This document shows, piece after piece, positions 1 to 9,624 of a stretch of DNA of 64,000 nucleotides. The notes beneath the pieces were generated by a model. It was not told the origin of the DNA, made no database searches, and saw only the letters and a program-made list of their open reading frames with translations. A program made the translations under genes and the position numbers. The stretch's first letter is position 1. Each line of letters opens with the position of its first letter. The stretch comes from a virus: IMG/VR virus record IMGVR_UViG_3300037423_000600, positions 1-64,000 of that record, one strand, 5' to 3'.

Positions 1-1141
1 TTATACGCCATATACTGACGGGCGGGCAGAAGGTCACAAGGTTAAGTTCCCGGACAACATCAAGTTGAAAGAGGACCAAATCCCGGCGGTGGCCGCGCTG
101 ACGGCGGTTAACGACGGAGTGCTTAATGCTGGATGCGGGAAAGGCAAAACGGTGATGTTTCTTAAGGCCATGGCCGCCGCCGGACGTACGACTTTGGTCC
201 TAGTCCACAAAGAGTTCCTGATGACTCAATGGATGGACCGTGCGACTAAAGTCCTAGGACTAAAGCCGGAGGAAATCGGCCAGTGTCAAGGGCGGTACGA
301 TAGCTGGAATTGGAAAGGGAAGAAGCTGGTTTTGGGTATGCTTCAATCCATCCATACCAACTTGGATAGGTTGTCTGACGAGTTCGTGAATTACTTCGGG
401 CTGGTCGGCGCGGACGAATGTCACCGGATGGCGGCTCCCACCTTTAGTGAAGTCATCACCCGCTTTCCGGCCCGGCTCCGGTGGGGCCTTACCGCAACCT
501 TGAACCGGGCGGACGGCTTGGAGAATATTTTCTTCGCGCATCTAGGTCCGGTGGTCTACCAGCTACTCGGGACGAATATGAAACCAGTAGTGGCCCGGGT
601 GCAGACCGGAGCAACCGTGAATCTGAACGACTTCAACGTAAGAGGCAACCTCAATATGTCGAAGTTGATTACCGGGCTCACGATGATTGATGAACGAAAT
701 ATCAAGATTCTCCGGCTCCTTATCCGGGCGGCGGAATCCGGGCGACGAATCATTGTCCTCTCTGAACGCCGGGAACACGCGGAGTATCTAAAGAGTTCGT
801 TCGACTTTAACACCAAAGGCAAGTTTCAAACGTACCTTTATCTTGGTGGCATCAAGAAGGAGGCGCGGGAGGAGGCGGAAGAATACGCAGATATCTTCTT
901 CTCCACTTACGCGATGTCCAAGGAAGGGCTGGATATTCCTGACCTTGACACCCTATTCCTTGCCACCCCGGTAGGAACAGAAATCACGATAGAGCAGTCT
1001 TTAGGCCGGATATCCCGGGAGCATGAAGGCAAGAAGGACCCGATGGTATTGGACTTCATAGACGAGAACATTAAACCTTGCTTAGGGCTTTACCGGAAAC
1101 GGCTTGAGGTATATAACCGCATGGAACTGACAATCCAATAA
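1..1141 (+). CDS. Superfamily 2 (DEAH/UvsW-like) DNA helicase, 5'-truncated by the window edge
   Basis: Frame is open from base 2. Walker A GCGKGKT, DECH box, GLTAT motif III, EGLDIP motif V, QSLGRISR motif VI. Confidence 0.9.
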   Translation, partial: YTPYTDGRAEGHKVKFPDNIKLKEDQIPAVAALTAVNDGVLNAGCGKGKTVMFLKAMAAAGRTTLVLVHKEFLMTQWMDRATKVLGLKPEEIGQCQGRYDSWNWKGKKLVLGMLQSIHTNLDRLSDEFVNYFGLVGADECHRMAAPTFSEVITRFPARLRWGLTATLNRADGLENIFFAHLGPVVYQLLGTNMKPVVARVQTGATVNLNDFNVRGNLNMSKLITGLTMIDERNIKILRLLIRAAESGRRIIVLSERREHAEYLKSSFDFNTKGKFQTYLYLGGIKKEAREEAEEYADIFFSTYAMSKEGLDIPDLDTLFLATPVGTEITIEQSLGRISREHEGKKDPMVLDFIDENIKPCLGLYRKRLEVYNRMELTIQ

Positions 1142-1160
1142 TCCAAGGAGGAATTGAATC

Positions 1161-1718
1161 ATGGCAACAGTTGAAAACACGAATTTGCACTCGGTATTAC
1201 TCGCGGCGGTAGGACTCCGGGACCCGCAAGATATCCAATCCGTCGAACTGGCGGTGGCTCAAGTCAAACGGTTCAAGGAACTGCAAGATGCGCTGAAAGG
1301 CTTCGAGCCGGAGTTCAAGGAAATGATATTCGCCATCGCGGAGAAATACGGAGTCACCGACGAGAAGGGTAACGCGACTCTGACCTTGGCGGACGGCACC
1401 GGGTACAAGAAGGAAGTTCGTCAATCGGTATCCATCGACCAAGAAGCGGCGGTTGAACTCTTTAGGTCTAAAGGACTAGGGCTTTATGTCCAGAACAAGT
1501 TCATTCTGAAAGAGGATGTGGATATCTCGCTCCTCGCCGCCAACCTGCCGGATGCTGTACGGGACCGCTACTTCGACAAGCAAGAAGTGGTAAAAGACGA
1601 AGAAATCGAGACGGCGTTCCTCACCGGGAAAATCACGGATGCCGAACTGCAAACTGTGGTCACCAAGAAAATCGTTAATGCGCTGAAAGAAGTAAAGCCG
1701 AAAGCAAAGAAAAAATAG
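1161..1718 (+). CDS. Hypothetical phage protein
   Basis: 185-aa ORF with AAGGAGG RBS; no motif recognised. Confidence 0.7.
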   Translation: MATVENTNLHSVLLAAVGLRDPQDIQSVELAVAQVKRFKELQDALKGFEPEFKEMIFAIAEKYGVTDEKGNATLTLADGTGYKKEVRQSVSIDQEAAVELFRSKGLGLYVQNKFILKEDVDISLLAANLPDAVRDRYFDKQEVVKDEEIETAFLTGKITDAELQTVVTKKIVNALKEVKPKAKKK

Positions 1719-1830
1719 GCTCGGCTACGAATCACTTTGGGGTATGAAAAAGACTTAAATGTGTTATAATAGGTCTAAGAAGTCATGGGGCTGAGTGAGA
1801 AGATATTGGGGCAAAAAGGAGGGAAACACC

Positions 1831-2151
1831 ATGCCAAAAATTTATGAAGTAAATGGGCAGGACGTAGAGTTCTTCACAAGTGGAGAACTGGCCGACGCTC
1901 TCGACAGACAGCGGCAAACGATTCGGAAATGGGAGAAAGAAGGCACAATCCCCCAAGCCCAATATCGTTCTAAAACTGGCCGCCGCTTATACACGAAAGA
2001 GCAAGTCACCGCTATCCTATCCACCGTTGAGAAATACGGGTTGAAGCAGGGGACGGCAATCCCGGCGGAGTTCAAGAAGGAAGTTTTTGAAGCCTTCGCC
2101 GCCGCATCCACCCCGGAAAAAGATGAAGAACTGGAAGTCCAGCAGGCTTGA
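1831..2151 (+). CDS. MerR-type helix-turn-helix DNA-binding protein
   Basis: TSGELADALDRQRQTIRKWEKEG..IP...RSKTGRRLYT pattern; AAGGAGG RBS; TGTTATAAT extended -10 near 1762. Confidence 0.85.
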   Translation: MPKIYEVNGQDVEFFTSGELADALDRQRQTIRKWEKEGTIPQAQYRSKTGRRLYTKEQVTAILSTVEKYGLKQGTAIPAEFKKEVFEAFAAASTPEKDEELEVQQA

Positions 2152-2195
2152 GGCTAACCCCTCAAGTCTGTTTTATTGAGAGGAGGGTATTGGCA

Positions 2196-2360
2196 ATGGT
2201 TGTCGTTCAAGTCAAACGGTGTTCTACAGAGGAAGAGTGCAACAAGTTTCTTAAAAGCATTCCCTCGTCGGCCGTCCGGGAAGTTAAAGTTGTAGAGGCC
2301 ACAAGGGGGCTTTCTCCCGGACTCAAGTATATTGTAATTTACCAAGATGACAGGCAATAA
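2196..2360 (+). CDS. Small hypothetical protein
   Basis: AGGAGG RBS upstream of ATG 2196. Confidence 0.55.
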   Translation: MVVVQVKRCSTEEECNKFLKSIPSSAVREVKVVEATRGLSPGLKYIVIYQDDRQ

Positions 2361-2451
2361 GTTTCACCTTTTACATCTTATAATATTTACAAGTTACCCT
2401 TTCTGGGGTAAAATTATATCATCACCTACCACAAAGGAGGCCACACGGCAC

Positions 2452-2733
2452 ATGACGCAGAAGTTCTTTAACCAAGACAATATCCTTACCGAAGAGGTTG
2501 CTCCCGGCACACCAATGGTTGAAATCTCGAAGTCGATGGGGTTCACGGTCAACCTGCAAGGTTACGAGTCGGCTCGGATTGACTGCTCCGTAAAAATTTC
2601 CGGCTCTTTAGTGAATGTCGAAGCTATCAAAGCCGAAGTCACAAAGCAACTGGAAGGCGAAGTGAAGGCGGCGATTGGGCAACTGGTGGAACAACACGAC
2701 ACCCGCAAAACCCTTCTCGGCTATTCTAAGTAA
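2452..2733 (+). CDS. Hypothetical protein
   Basis: AAGGAGG RBS upstream of ATG 2452. Confidence 0.65.
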   Translation: MTQKFFNQDNILTEEVAPGTPMVEISKSMGFTVNLQGYESARIDCSVKISGSLVNVEAIKAEVTKQLEGEVKAAIGQLVEQHDTRKTLLGYSK

Positions 2734-2756
2734 TCGTTGGGGCTTAGGCCCCTTAT

Positions 2757-2826
2757 GGGTGTGAATGGAAGTCTGGGGGCCAAAAGAAGTTACCGCGGAC
2801 AGGAGGTTCGATTCCTCCCACTCCCA
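2757..2826 (+). ncRNA. tRNA-like element without a pairable anticodon arm
   Basis: Acceptor-like GGGTGTG/CACTCCC, D-loop-like AGTCTGG, perfect T arm GGAGG-TTCGATT-CCTCC. Confidence 0.55.
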
Positions 2827-2908
2827 TCCTTGCCTAAAGGGTATCGGTGCTTTAACTACATAATCCTAGTTCAAAGGCAACTCACCGACACTCTTTAGGC
2901 AGGGATGG
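2824..2908 (+). ncRNA. Long RNA hairpin next to the tRNA-like element
   Basis: CCATCCTTGCCTAAAGGGTATCGGTG pairs with CACCGACACTCTTTAGGCAGGGATGG (26 bp, two G-U pairs, one mismatch), plus an inner stem. Confidence 0.55.
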
Positions 2909-2969
2909 AACCCCTCCCTAGCAACTACTATCGCGGCCTTACATATGTAGGTCAGCAACGAAAGGGAAG

Positions 2970-3713
2970 ATGAAAATGAGTGTTCAGGATTGGTTCTCGC
3001 AAGGTTATGAGAAGGTCGAGCAACGGGCGGCGGAAATCGATGAGGCGATGAGCCGAACGTACCTCCCGGATTACATCCTCAAAGAGGAGGATGGGGAGCA
3101 ACCTATGCGGTTTGTCATGGCTACGCCGATTACTTACTACGAGCACTTCCTCCAATCCATCAAGCGGTCCTTTACTTGTCCGGATGGTGGCGATTCCACA
3201 AAGGGCAACTGCCCGCTGTGCGCTTCCGGCAACAAGGCAAACTTCCGGGGTGCGTATCTGATTGCGGACCACCGTCATGAGGAGTGGACCAAGGATGGCA
3301 AAACCCAGAAGCGTCACAACACGCTGAAGGTTGCCAAGTTCGGGGTCAAGGTTCTCAAGTCGCTGGGCAAGCGGGAAGAGGCATTGAAGAAGAAGGGTAT
3401 GGCGGGCGGCCTGCTCGATGTGGACTTCGACGTTATGCGTACAGGCTCCGGCACCGACACCATGTATAACTTCACTCCGGTTGGCCGGAATGAAGAAATC
3501 CCGACTCCTCCGGTTCCTGAGAAGGACGCGAAGGAAGGGAAAGACTACCGGGCTCTCCTTATCGAAGCCATCAAGCCGAAAAGCCGCGAGGACTTGCTTA
3601 AGGTTCTCGGTGGAGGCGGCGGTTCCGCATCCGGTGGAAACTCCGGCGGCGGAGCGGCACGGAAGCCGATTGACCTTGGCGACGGTGACGAGGACGTAAT
3701 CAAGTTCAGCTAA
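2970..3713 (+). CDS. Single-stranded DNA-binding protein (T4 gp32-like)
   Basis: H..CPD..CPLC Zn site, RTGSGTDTMY motif, Gly-rich linker and acidic tail DGDEDVIKFS; directly upstream of the polymerase. Confidence 0.75.
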   Translation: MKMSVQDWFSQGYEKVEQRAAEIDEAMSRTYLPDYILKEEDGEQPMRFVMATPITYYEHFLQSIKRSFTCPDGGDSTKGNCPLCASGNKANFRGAYLIADHRHEEWTKDGKTQKRHNTLKVAKFGVKVLKSLGKREEALKKKGMAGGLLDVDFDVMRTGSGTDTMYNFTPVGRNEEIPTPPVPEKDAKEGKDYRALLIEAIKPKSREDLLKVLGGGGGSASGGNSGGGAARKPIDLGDGDEDVIKFS

Positions 3714-3730
3714 TCCACTTCATCATCCTA

Positions 3731-3766
3731 CTAAAGCCCCATTCGTTAACCCGGGTGGGGCTTTAG
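3731..3766 (+). terminator. Hairpin between SSB and polymerase (terminator or processing site)
   Basis: CTAAAGCCCCA...TGGGGCTTTAG inverted repeat. Confidence 0.5.
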
Positions 3767-3791
3767 ACTCATTTAAGGAGGCTTTTCGCTG

Positions 3792-6215
3792 ATGGCTAAG
3801 AAGAAGGGCGGCCCGAAGGTTAAATCGAAGTCGATGGAGGTACTTATCCCCTCAGATTTTGACTTAGTGGAATGGGCGGCATACTTAAAGCAACACGCTT
3901 CCACGACAAACATCACGTTCCTTGACCGCCCGCAGGAAGAATGGGCCAAGGACCCGAATATACCGCAGACCAAGGAACATTTTGAAGAAATGCTTCACCA
4001 CATCCTCAAATACGACAACATCATTTGTGACGTGGAGACTTCCGGCCTTTCGTTCGTGGACCCCGCCGTTCAGGTGTGCGGACACGTATTGGCGGCGGGA
4101 GGGAAATCTTTTTACGTTCCCATCCGGCACATCACGAATGAACCTCAACTCGATGTAGATTACGTAAACAAGATACTGGCGAACGAAATCTACATGAACC
4201 GCAATAAATTCACCACATGGCATAACGCCGCCTTTGACTACAACCAACTCCGGAAAGACGGTATTGATATGACGTTCCGCTTTAGGGAACGGCTTATTCA
4301 CGATACCCAGATTCAATATTGGCTAGTGGACGAGAACCAAAAGGACAACGAGACATACTACTTCGTCCAAAACGGGAAACCTGCTGTCGCGTCGAAATGG
4401 TCCGGCCTTTACAAAGGACACGCGGCCAAGGCTAAAGAGGCCGGGGCAGTAAAGCTAATGGGGTATTCCCTTAAGGTTCTCTCGCCGCTTCTCTTCGGCC
4501 TGCCCATGACCAAATTCGATGACCTGATGGAGCATATCGGCTTCCACCGCCTGCCTCTCTACTTCGGCGGGAAGTACGCCCGGTTGGACGGCTTCGCCAC
4601 GGAACTCCTCCACAACCATTCGTATCCCAAGCTGAAAGAGGAAAAGATTGTGGATGCTTACCATCACGTTGAAATGCCTTATGTGCGGGTGGTGGCAAAC
4701 ATGATGCGGCGGGGCTTCGGGATATCGGAGCGGGTGGTTCTCCGTATGCGGGAACGCTGTATGGAGGAAATCAACGAGATTGATATGCGGGTGCGGGACC
4801 TGACGGGCGGTATCGAAATCAACTGGAACTCCGGCCCGCAGGTCGCCAACCTATTGTTCAATACACTCAATTATCCGGTTTTAGCGACCACGGATACCGG
4901 GAAGCCCAAGACGGATGCGGAGACAATGGAACGGCTGGCTGAACTGGGGTACCCGCTTCCGAAACTCCTTTCTCGGCGGAACAAGCTGACCAAAACGGTC
5001 GGGACCTACTGTGACGGCTTCCTAAAGGAACTCGACGTAGACGGGCGGATTCACACTTCGTTATTCCAAACGGGCACCACTACGGGCCGCCTCTCTTCCG
5101 GCGAACCGAATCTCCAAAATCTGACGGCTTCCCCGATATTCAAGGATGACTTATCCCGGGATTATATGATTCATCTTCGTAAGCAAATCGGGGATATGGG
5201 CATTAACAAGCAGTTCGACTTCACGGTTCATTTCTGTGACGCGGACGGGGAGCCTTTAGGCATGGAGGACGGATGGGAGGAACAATGCGTCAAGGTGCAG
5301 GAACGTTGGTTCGTCCGCGACTTCTTTACGGAACTCGATTACCTCAACCCGCAGGATGTCGAATACCCGGAGGATATGGCTCCGTTTATCGTGGAGCATT
5401 GTAAGAAAACCAAGGCCCACGAAATGTATGGCACCATCGACGGCCGGAAGATTGAAGAGGAATTGTGCTACTCGGTGGCGGACTTTAACCAGATGGAACT
5501 CCGGATGATGGCCCACTACTCGAACGCGGACAGTATGATATCGGCCTTCGCCCGTGGAGAGGATACCCACAAACGGACGGCGGCGGACGTATACGAAGTG
5601 GATTACAGCAACGTCACCAAGCAACAACGGAAGGACGCGAAGGCGGTCAACTTCGGATTGATTTACGGGAAAACCTCTTTCGGCTTCGCGGTGGATTGGT
5701 ACGATTCGGAACCGGACTTCTGGGTGGATGTCGATTGGGGCTCCGGCCGCGCTCCGGCCAAGAAGTATCTGGAAAAGGCTCAGGGCTTTATCGACCGTTA
5801 TTTCCAAGTGCGGCCGGAGGTCAAGGAATGGATGGACCTGACCGAAGCACAGGTTAAGAAATACGGGTACGTGCGGACCATCACGGGGCGGAAGCGGAGA
5901 CTCCCCGATGCCTTTAGCATGATTAAGTCCGTTGCAAATAAGGCATCCCGGCAGGCGGGGAACACGAAGATTCAAGGCTCGTCGGCGGATTACATGAAGA
6001 TGGCGATGATTAAAATTGAGGACAAATTTGAGGATGATGGTACCTTTGCGATGCAACTGGTTCCGGTCCACGACGAAATTGTAACGGTCACCCTCTACCG
6101 GATTAAGGACCAAGTGGAAGCGACCAAGAAGGATATCATGGAAAACATCATCCCATTACGTTGCCCGATGCGTTCGGACCCTACGACTTGGTTCCGCTAC
6201 GGCTCCGCGAAATAA
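3792..6215 (+). CDS. polA: Family A DNA polymerase with 3'-5' exonuclease domain
   Basis: Exo DVETSG and HNAAFD; TGRLSSGEPNLQN; motif A ADFNQMELR; motif B RKDAKAVNFGLIYG; motif C VHDEI. Confidence 0.95.
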   Translation: MAKKKGGPKVKSKSMEVLIPSDFDLVEWAAYLKQHASTTNITFLDRPQEEWAKDPNIPQTKEHFEEMLHHILKYDNIICDVETSGLSFVDPAVQVCGHVLAAGGKSFYVPIRHITNEPQLDVDYVNKILANEIYMNRNKFTTWHNAAFDYNQLRKDGIDMTFRFRERLIHDTQIQYWLVDENQKDNETYYFVQNGKPAVASKWSGLYKGHAAKAKEAGAVKLMGYSLKVLSPLLFGLPMTKFDDLMEHIGFHRLPLYFGGKYARLDGFATELLHNHSYPKLKEEKIVDAYHHVEMPYVRVVANMMRRGFGISERVVLRMRERCMEEINEIDMRVRDLTGGIEINWNSGPQVANLLFNTLNYPVLATTDTGKPKTDAETMERLAELGYPLPKLLSRRNKLTKTVGTYCDGFLKELDVDGRIHTSLFQTGTTTGRLSSGEPNLQNLTASPIFKDDLSRDYMIHLRKQIGDMGINKQFDFTVHFCDADGEPLGMEDGWEEQCVKVQERWFVRDFFTELDYLNPQDVEYPEDMAPFIVEHCKKTKAHEMYGTIDGRKIEEELCYSVADFNQMELRMMAHYSNADSMISAFARGEDTHKRTAADVYEVDYSNVTKQQRKDAKAVNFGLIYGKTSFGFAVDWYDSEPDFWVDVDWGSGRAPAKKYLEKAQGFIDRYFQVRPEVKEWMDLTEAQVKKYGYVRTITGRKRRLPDAFSMIKSVANKASRQAGNTKIQGSSADYMKMAMIKIEDKFEDDGTFAMQLVPVHDEIVTVTLYRIKDQVEATKKDIMENIIPLRCPMRSDPTTWFRYGSAK

Positions 6216-6224
6216 GGAGGACTT

Positions 6225-6488
6225 ATGAACGCTTATACTAAGATGACTGCCGATTGGCTCCGGGAGTACGGTTTAACCGACCCCGGAGAAATCCGGTATT
6301 GTGTAAACCGGATATCAAACGCCACTCGGGGCTTAAGCTGTGTCGATAACTTTAGGCTATCCATTAACGGCAAGCAGGATGAACAATACGATGAAATCAG
6401 GAGCCATGGGTGCTGTGGATACCATGATGACATTATCAAGTTGCACAGCGGAACTACCGTAAAATTCGGCTTTAATTTCGGACACTAG
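6225..6488 (+). CDS. Hypothetical protein
   Basis: AAGGAGG RBS, 87 aa. Confidence 0.65.
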   Translation: MNAYTKMTADWLREYGLTDPGEIRYCVNRISNATRGLSCVDNFRLSINGKQDEQYDEIRSHGCCGYHDDIIKLHSGTTVKFGFNFGH

Positions 6489-6496
6489 GAGGGCTT

Positions 6497-6745
6497 ATGG
6501 CTAGAGCAAATAAACCGTTGCATTGGCTATTTCAAGAGCCTCCGGCTCCCCGGCGGGCTCGATGCGGAATCTGTAACGAATTGACGCATTCATGCTTACA
6601 AATCAATCAAATACTTCGCTGTGAGAAGGCGGAGTGCAGGGAGGCGGAAGCGTGGCCGGATTACACGAAGAAGAAACAGGTAGGGTATTCTCCGATAAAG
6701 ACATCCGAGCTTTTAGTTGGCAGGAACTCAATGGAAAATACATGA
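6497..6745 (+). CDS. Small Cys-rich (putative Zn-binding) protein
   Basis: CGIC...C...CEKAEC; AGGAGG RBS. Confidence 0.6.
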   Translation: MARANKPLHWLFQEPPAPRRARCGICNELTHSCLQINQILRCEKAECREAEAWPDYTKKKQVGYSPIKTSELLVGRNSMENT

Positions 6746-6866
6746 GGATATCGACCTATGTATCCGAAGGATTTATTACTGTTGTGGCTTACGACTTGGC
6801 GGAAGAGGGACGTATGTACGTTATCCATCACGGTCCGGTCGAAAAATAAAAAGGAGGCAAGAGGAA

Positions 6867-7397
6867 GTGCTAAAGCGTACAGCCTTATTATTCGCTGTCG
6901 CTTTGGTTTCCTCCCCACTCTCGTATGAAAATATCATTCATGCACCTAACGGGGAAATCGTCGCGGAAACCGAAGCAACAGCTATTCATCCCATGATTAC
7001 GGCCGGAGGACTCAATATACCAACCAACCCCTTTGCGCCCGGCAGGAGGGAATCTCGGAAGGCTCAGGACTTGTTTGGGCCCCCATGGATACCCACCCCG
7101 GCGGAACCCCCTTATCGAATCATTCGGGCGGAGGTTACGGCTTATGTTCCCGGGGACGGGGTTACGGCAAACGGGACAGAAGTCGGGCGGGGGAGTAAGG
7201 CGATATCGGCTCCCAAGAGTATCCCTTTCGGTACGAAGATGGAGATTGAAGGCTATGGAGTCGCGGAGGTTGTAGACCGTGGCGGGGCCATAAAAATTAA
7301 GCCGGACGGCACCTACATTCTGGACATTTTGCTACCCACGGTGTCGGAAGCGAATAAATGGGGCCGAAGGACAATGGAGGTTAAAGTCTATGATTAA
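6867..7397 (+). CDS. 3D-domain (MltA-like) cell-wall protein with signal peptide
   Basis: Hydrophobic N-terminus; EVTAY, TANG, IPFGTK, DRGGAIK, LDIL, WGRR; GTG start after AAGGAGG. Confidence 0.85.
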   Translation: MLKRTALLFAVALVSSPLSYENIIHAPNGEIVAETEATAIHPMITAGGLNIPTNPFAPGRRESRKAQDLFGPPWIPTPAEPPYRIIRAEVTAYVPGDGVTANGTEVGRGSKAISAPKSIPFGTKMEIEGYGVAEVVDRGGAIKIKPDGTYILDILLPTVSEANKWGRRTMEVKVYD

Positions 7398-7587
7398 AGT
7401 AATCGTCTGGGTATGGATACGAGAACTTCAAATCCTTGCTAAAGGGACACCGCGTTTATGTTACCTCCACCCGCCGGATAAACCTCCGTATGACAAGGTG
7501 GATTTTGTCCAAATCGAAGTCCCCTTGGATTGGTTCAAGGTGGATGAAAAACACGCGGGCATGTATTGGATTTATCCCCAGATTTAG
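7390..7587 (+). CDS. Hypothetical protein
   Basis: GGAGG RBS; overlaps the upstream stop. Confidence 0.55.
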   Translation: MIKVIVWVWIRELQILAKGTPRLCYLHPPDKPPYDKVDFVQIEVPLDWFKVDEKHAGMYWIYPQI

Positions 7588-7592
7588 GTTAT

Positions 7593-7700
7593 ACCTACTT
7601 AAGAATCTTAAGTAGGTTAAATCTAACCTACTTTAGTTCCTAAAGTAGCACCTACTTAAGAAACTTAAGTAACAATAGAAAGTAGTAAATAAATTAAAAG
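7593..7700. repeat. Cluster 1 of CTTWAG-N3-CTWAAG palindromes followed by an A-rich tract
   Basis: ACCTACTTAAGAATCTTAAGTAGGT, CTACTTTAGTTCCTAAAGTAG, CTACTTAAGAAACTTAAGTA. Confidence 0.85.
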
Positions 7701-7735
7701 ATTTGCGAATTGCTAAAATTTGGGAGGTTAGTAGA

Positions 7736-9022
7736 ATGGCTAAACCGAAAGAAGAAAATGCACTACCTCAAGGCAAGAAGAAAACTCTCGATGCGCTCAT
7801 GAGAGGCATCAACAAGAAGTATGGGGCAGGGACTATCTCGCTGGCGGGGAAGGCGGTGGCTTTAGAGGTTGAGCGTATCCCCTCGGGGTCCTTCGGCCTC
7901 GATTGCGAACTTGGCGGCGGCTGGCCGCGTGGTCGTATCTCCCTTGTCGCCGGACCTTTCTCGGTCGGGAAATCATTCCTCGCGTATTTGGCGGTGGCGG
8001 AGGCCCAGAAGAAATACCCAAACGAAACTCCGATCTGGATTGACCAAGAAGGCGTGTTCGAGCCGTCATGGGCTTCCAAGTTCGGTATCATTATCGCGGA
8101 CCCGGATGCCGACGAGAAGGACGTTCCGGTAAACGCCCTTCGTGTCGTCCGGCCGGACTCGGCGGAAAGTGCGCTGGACATTACCTTGGAATTTATCGAC
8201 TGCCCGGGTATCTCCATCATCGTGTACGACTCCATCGCGGCCAATTCCCCGAAAGACGAAATCGAAGCCTCCATGGAGGATTGGACTATGGGCCTCGCCG
8301 CCCGCCTAAACAACAAATTCTTTAGGAAGTCACAGGCTATCTTGAACATTGGCTCTCTTACTGATACCGGAAATAAGAAGCCCGCCATCTTTATGATTAA
8401 CCAACTTCGTAAGACCATGGACAAATACAAGCCGGAAGTCCTGCCCGGTGGGGAGGGCCAAGGGTTCTTCGCCTCCATCATCGTATGGCTCCGTCAAGGT
8501 GAACGTTTCTTGGAGGGCCGGGAGAACGGGCAGGAAGATGAATATGTAGGCCACGAAATCAAATTCAAGACGGAGAAGAACAAGACATTTCCTCCGAAGC
8601 GGCAAGGCTCCTTCGATATCTACGTCACCGATTCCGACACTGGATTCCGGGCCGGGCAGGTGGACCGCCTAAAGGAAGTGGTATCCTACGGCATCTATTG
8701 GGGAGTCATCCGTAAATCCGCAGCATGGTTCTACGTGGATGGGGTGGAGAAGCCTTTCAACGGCGGAGATAAGATGCTGGAGTTCCTCCGGACCAGCCCA
8801 GAACACGTTGCTCAAATCGAGAAAGCGGTTATGGCTTTAGCCCTCTCGAAGGTTAACAAGCAGGATATCGGCCCAGCCACATATACCGATGAAAAGGGGC
8901 GTGTCATTCGGGTGGACACCGGGGAAGTCGTCCACGACCCGGGCGACGATGAAGAAATCGAAGCGGGATTTGATGTTCACGGCGGTAAAGATGCCGGGCT
9001 GGTGGAACATTTCCGTGACTAA
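7736..9022 (+). CDS. recA: RecA-family recombinase
   Basis: IPSGSFGLDCELGGGWPRGRI, Walker A GPFSVGKS, YDSIAA, INQLR, PGGEG..FFAS, KNKTFPP. Confidence 0.95.
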   Translation: MAKPKEENALPQGKKKTLDALMRGINKKYGAGTISLAGKAVALEVERIPSGSFGLDCELGGGWPRGRISLVAGPFSVGKSFLAYLAVAEAQKKYPNETPIWIDQEGVFEPSWASKFGIIIADPDADEKDVPVNALRVVRPDSAESALDITLEFIDCPGISIIVYDSIAANSPKDEIEASMEDWTMGLAARLNNKFFRKSQAILNIGSLTDTGNKKPAIFMINQLRKTMDKYKPEVLPGGEGQGFFASIIVWLRQGERFLEGRENGQEDEYVGHEIKFKTEKNKTFPPKRQGSFDIYVTDSDTGFRAGQVDRLKEVVSYGIYWGVIRKSAAWFYVDGVEKPFNGGDKMLEFLRTSPEHVAQIEKAVMALALSKVNKQDIGPATYTDEKGRVIRVDTGEVVHDPGDDEEIEAGFDVHGGKDAGLVEHFRD

Positions 9023-9087
9023 TTTTGTCGAATAAAAAGCTTACCGGAAGGCTAGGATTTCTCTATCCTAGCCCCCGGGTTTAAGGT

Positions 9088-9188
9088 ATAATAACAGGTA
9101 CAGGGGCGGAGGCCACCCGGCCAAAACCCCTCGATGCCACCGATTCAACTCTACGAACCAACCTTGGAGGGGTCATACCCCTCCTTTA
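9088..9188 (+). ncRNA. Candidate small RNA with its own -10 box and terminator
   Basis: TATAAT near 9088, 5' hairpin GGGG..GGCC..GGCC..CCCC, terminator GGAGGGGT-CAT-ACCCCTCC-TTT, no ORF inside. Confidence 0.4.
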
Positions 9189-9240
9189 CTATCTAGCGGA
9201 CGGCACACGGCAAATATACACGGCTGGGAGGGCGTGATTC

Positions 9241-9624
9241 ATGGTTAAACCATATTCCCTTTTGGATGGGGAGGACTCCAAACAAAGACGCAGACGTAGC
9301 AATAAACAGGAAAAAACGTTGGCGCGGCAGACAGGCGGCAGAGCACAGGCGGGAAGCGGTGCGGTATGGTCGGCAAAGGGAGACACGAAGGACAAAGGGC
9401 ATTTCTTGGATACGTTGAAAGCCTTTCTCCACGAGTGCAAATTTACGGCGAAGGCATCCTTTAGCCTCTCGACGAAGCTATGGGATGAAATTTCCGAGAA
9501 GGCATTTCGGGAAGGGCGGAAACCCGCTATGGAGATTAAGCTAAACGCAGAGGCACATAATGAACTTGATTTAATCGTCCTTTCGAAATCGGATTATCTC
9601 GAACTCCGGGGTGATGGCGAATGA
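9241..9624 (+). CDS. PD-(D/E)xK nuclease / Holliday-junction-resolvase-like protein
   Basis: QEK.LA...GG....GSGA...KGD...ECK pattern. Confidence 0.65.
   Translation: MVKPYSLLDGEDSKQRRRRSNKQEKTLARQTGGRAQAGSGAVWSAKGDTKDKGHFLDTLKAFLHECKFTAKASFSLSTKLWDEISEKAFREGRKPAMEIKLNAEAHNELDLIVLSKSDYLELRGDGE

Noticed and set aside
2757-2826. Canonical tRNA gene
   Set aside because: No anticodon stem can be formed and there is no encoded CCA; kept only as tRNA-like.
5124-5470. Intein or intron in the DNA polymerase
   Set aside because: The reading frame is continuous, with no C/S...HN-C/S/T splice motifs or homing-endonuclease motifs.
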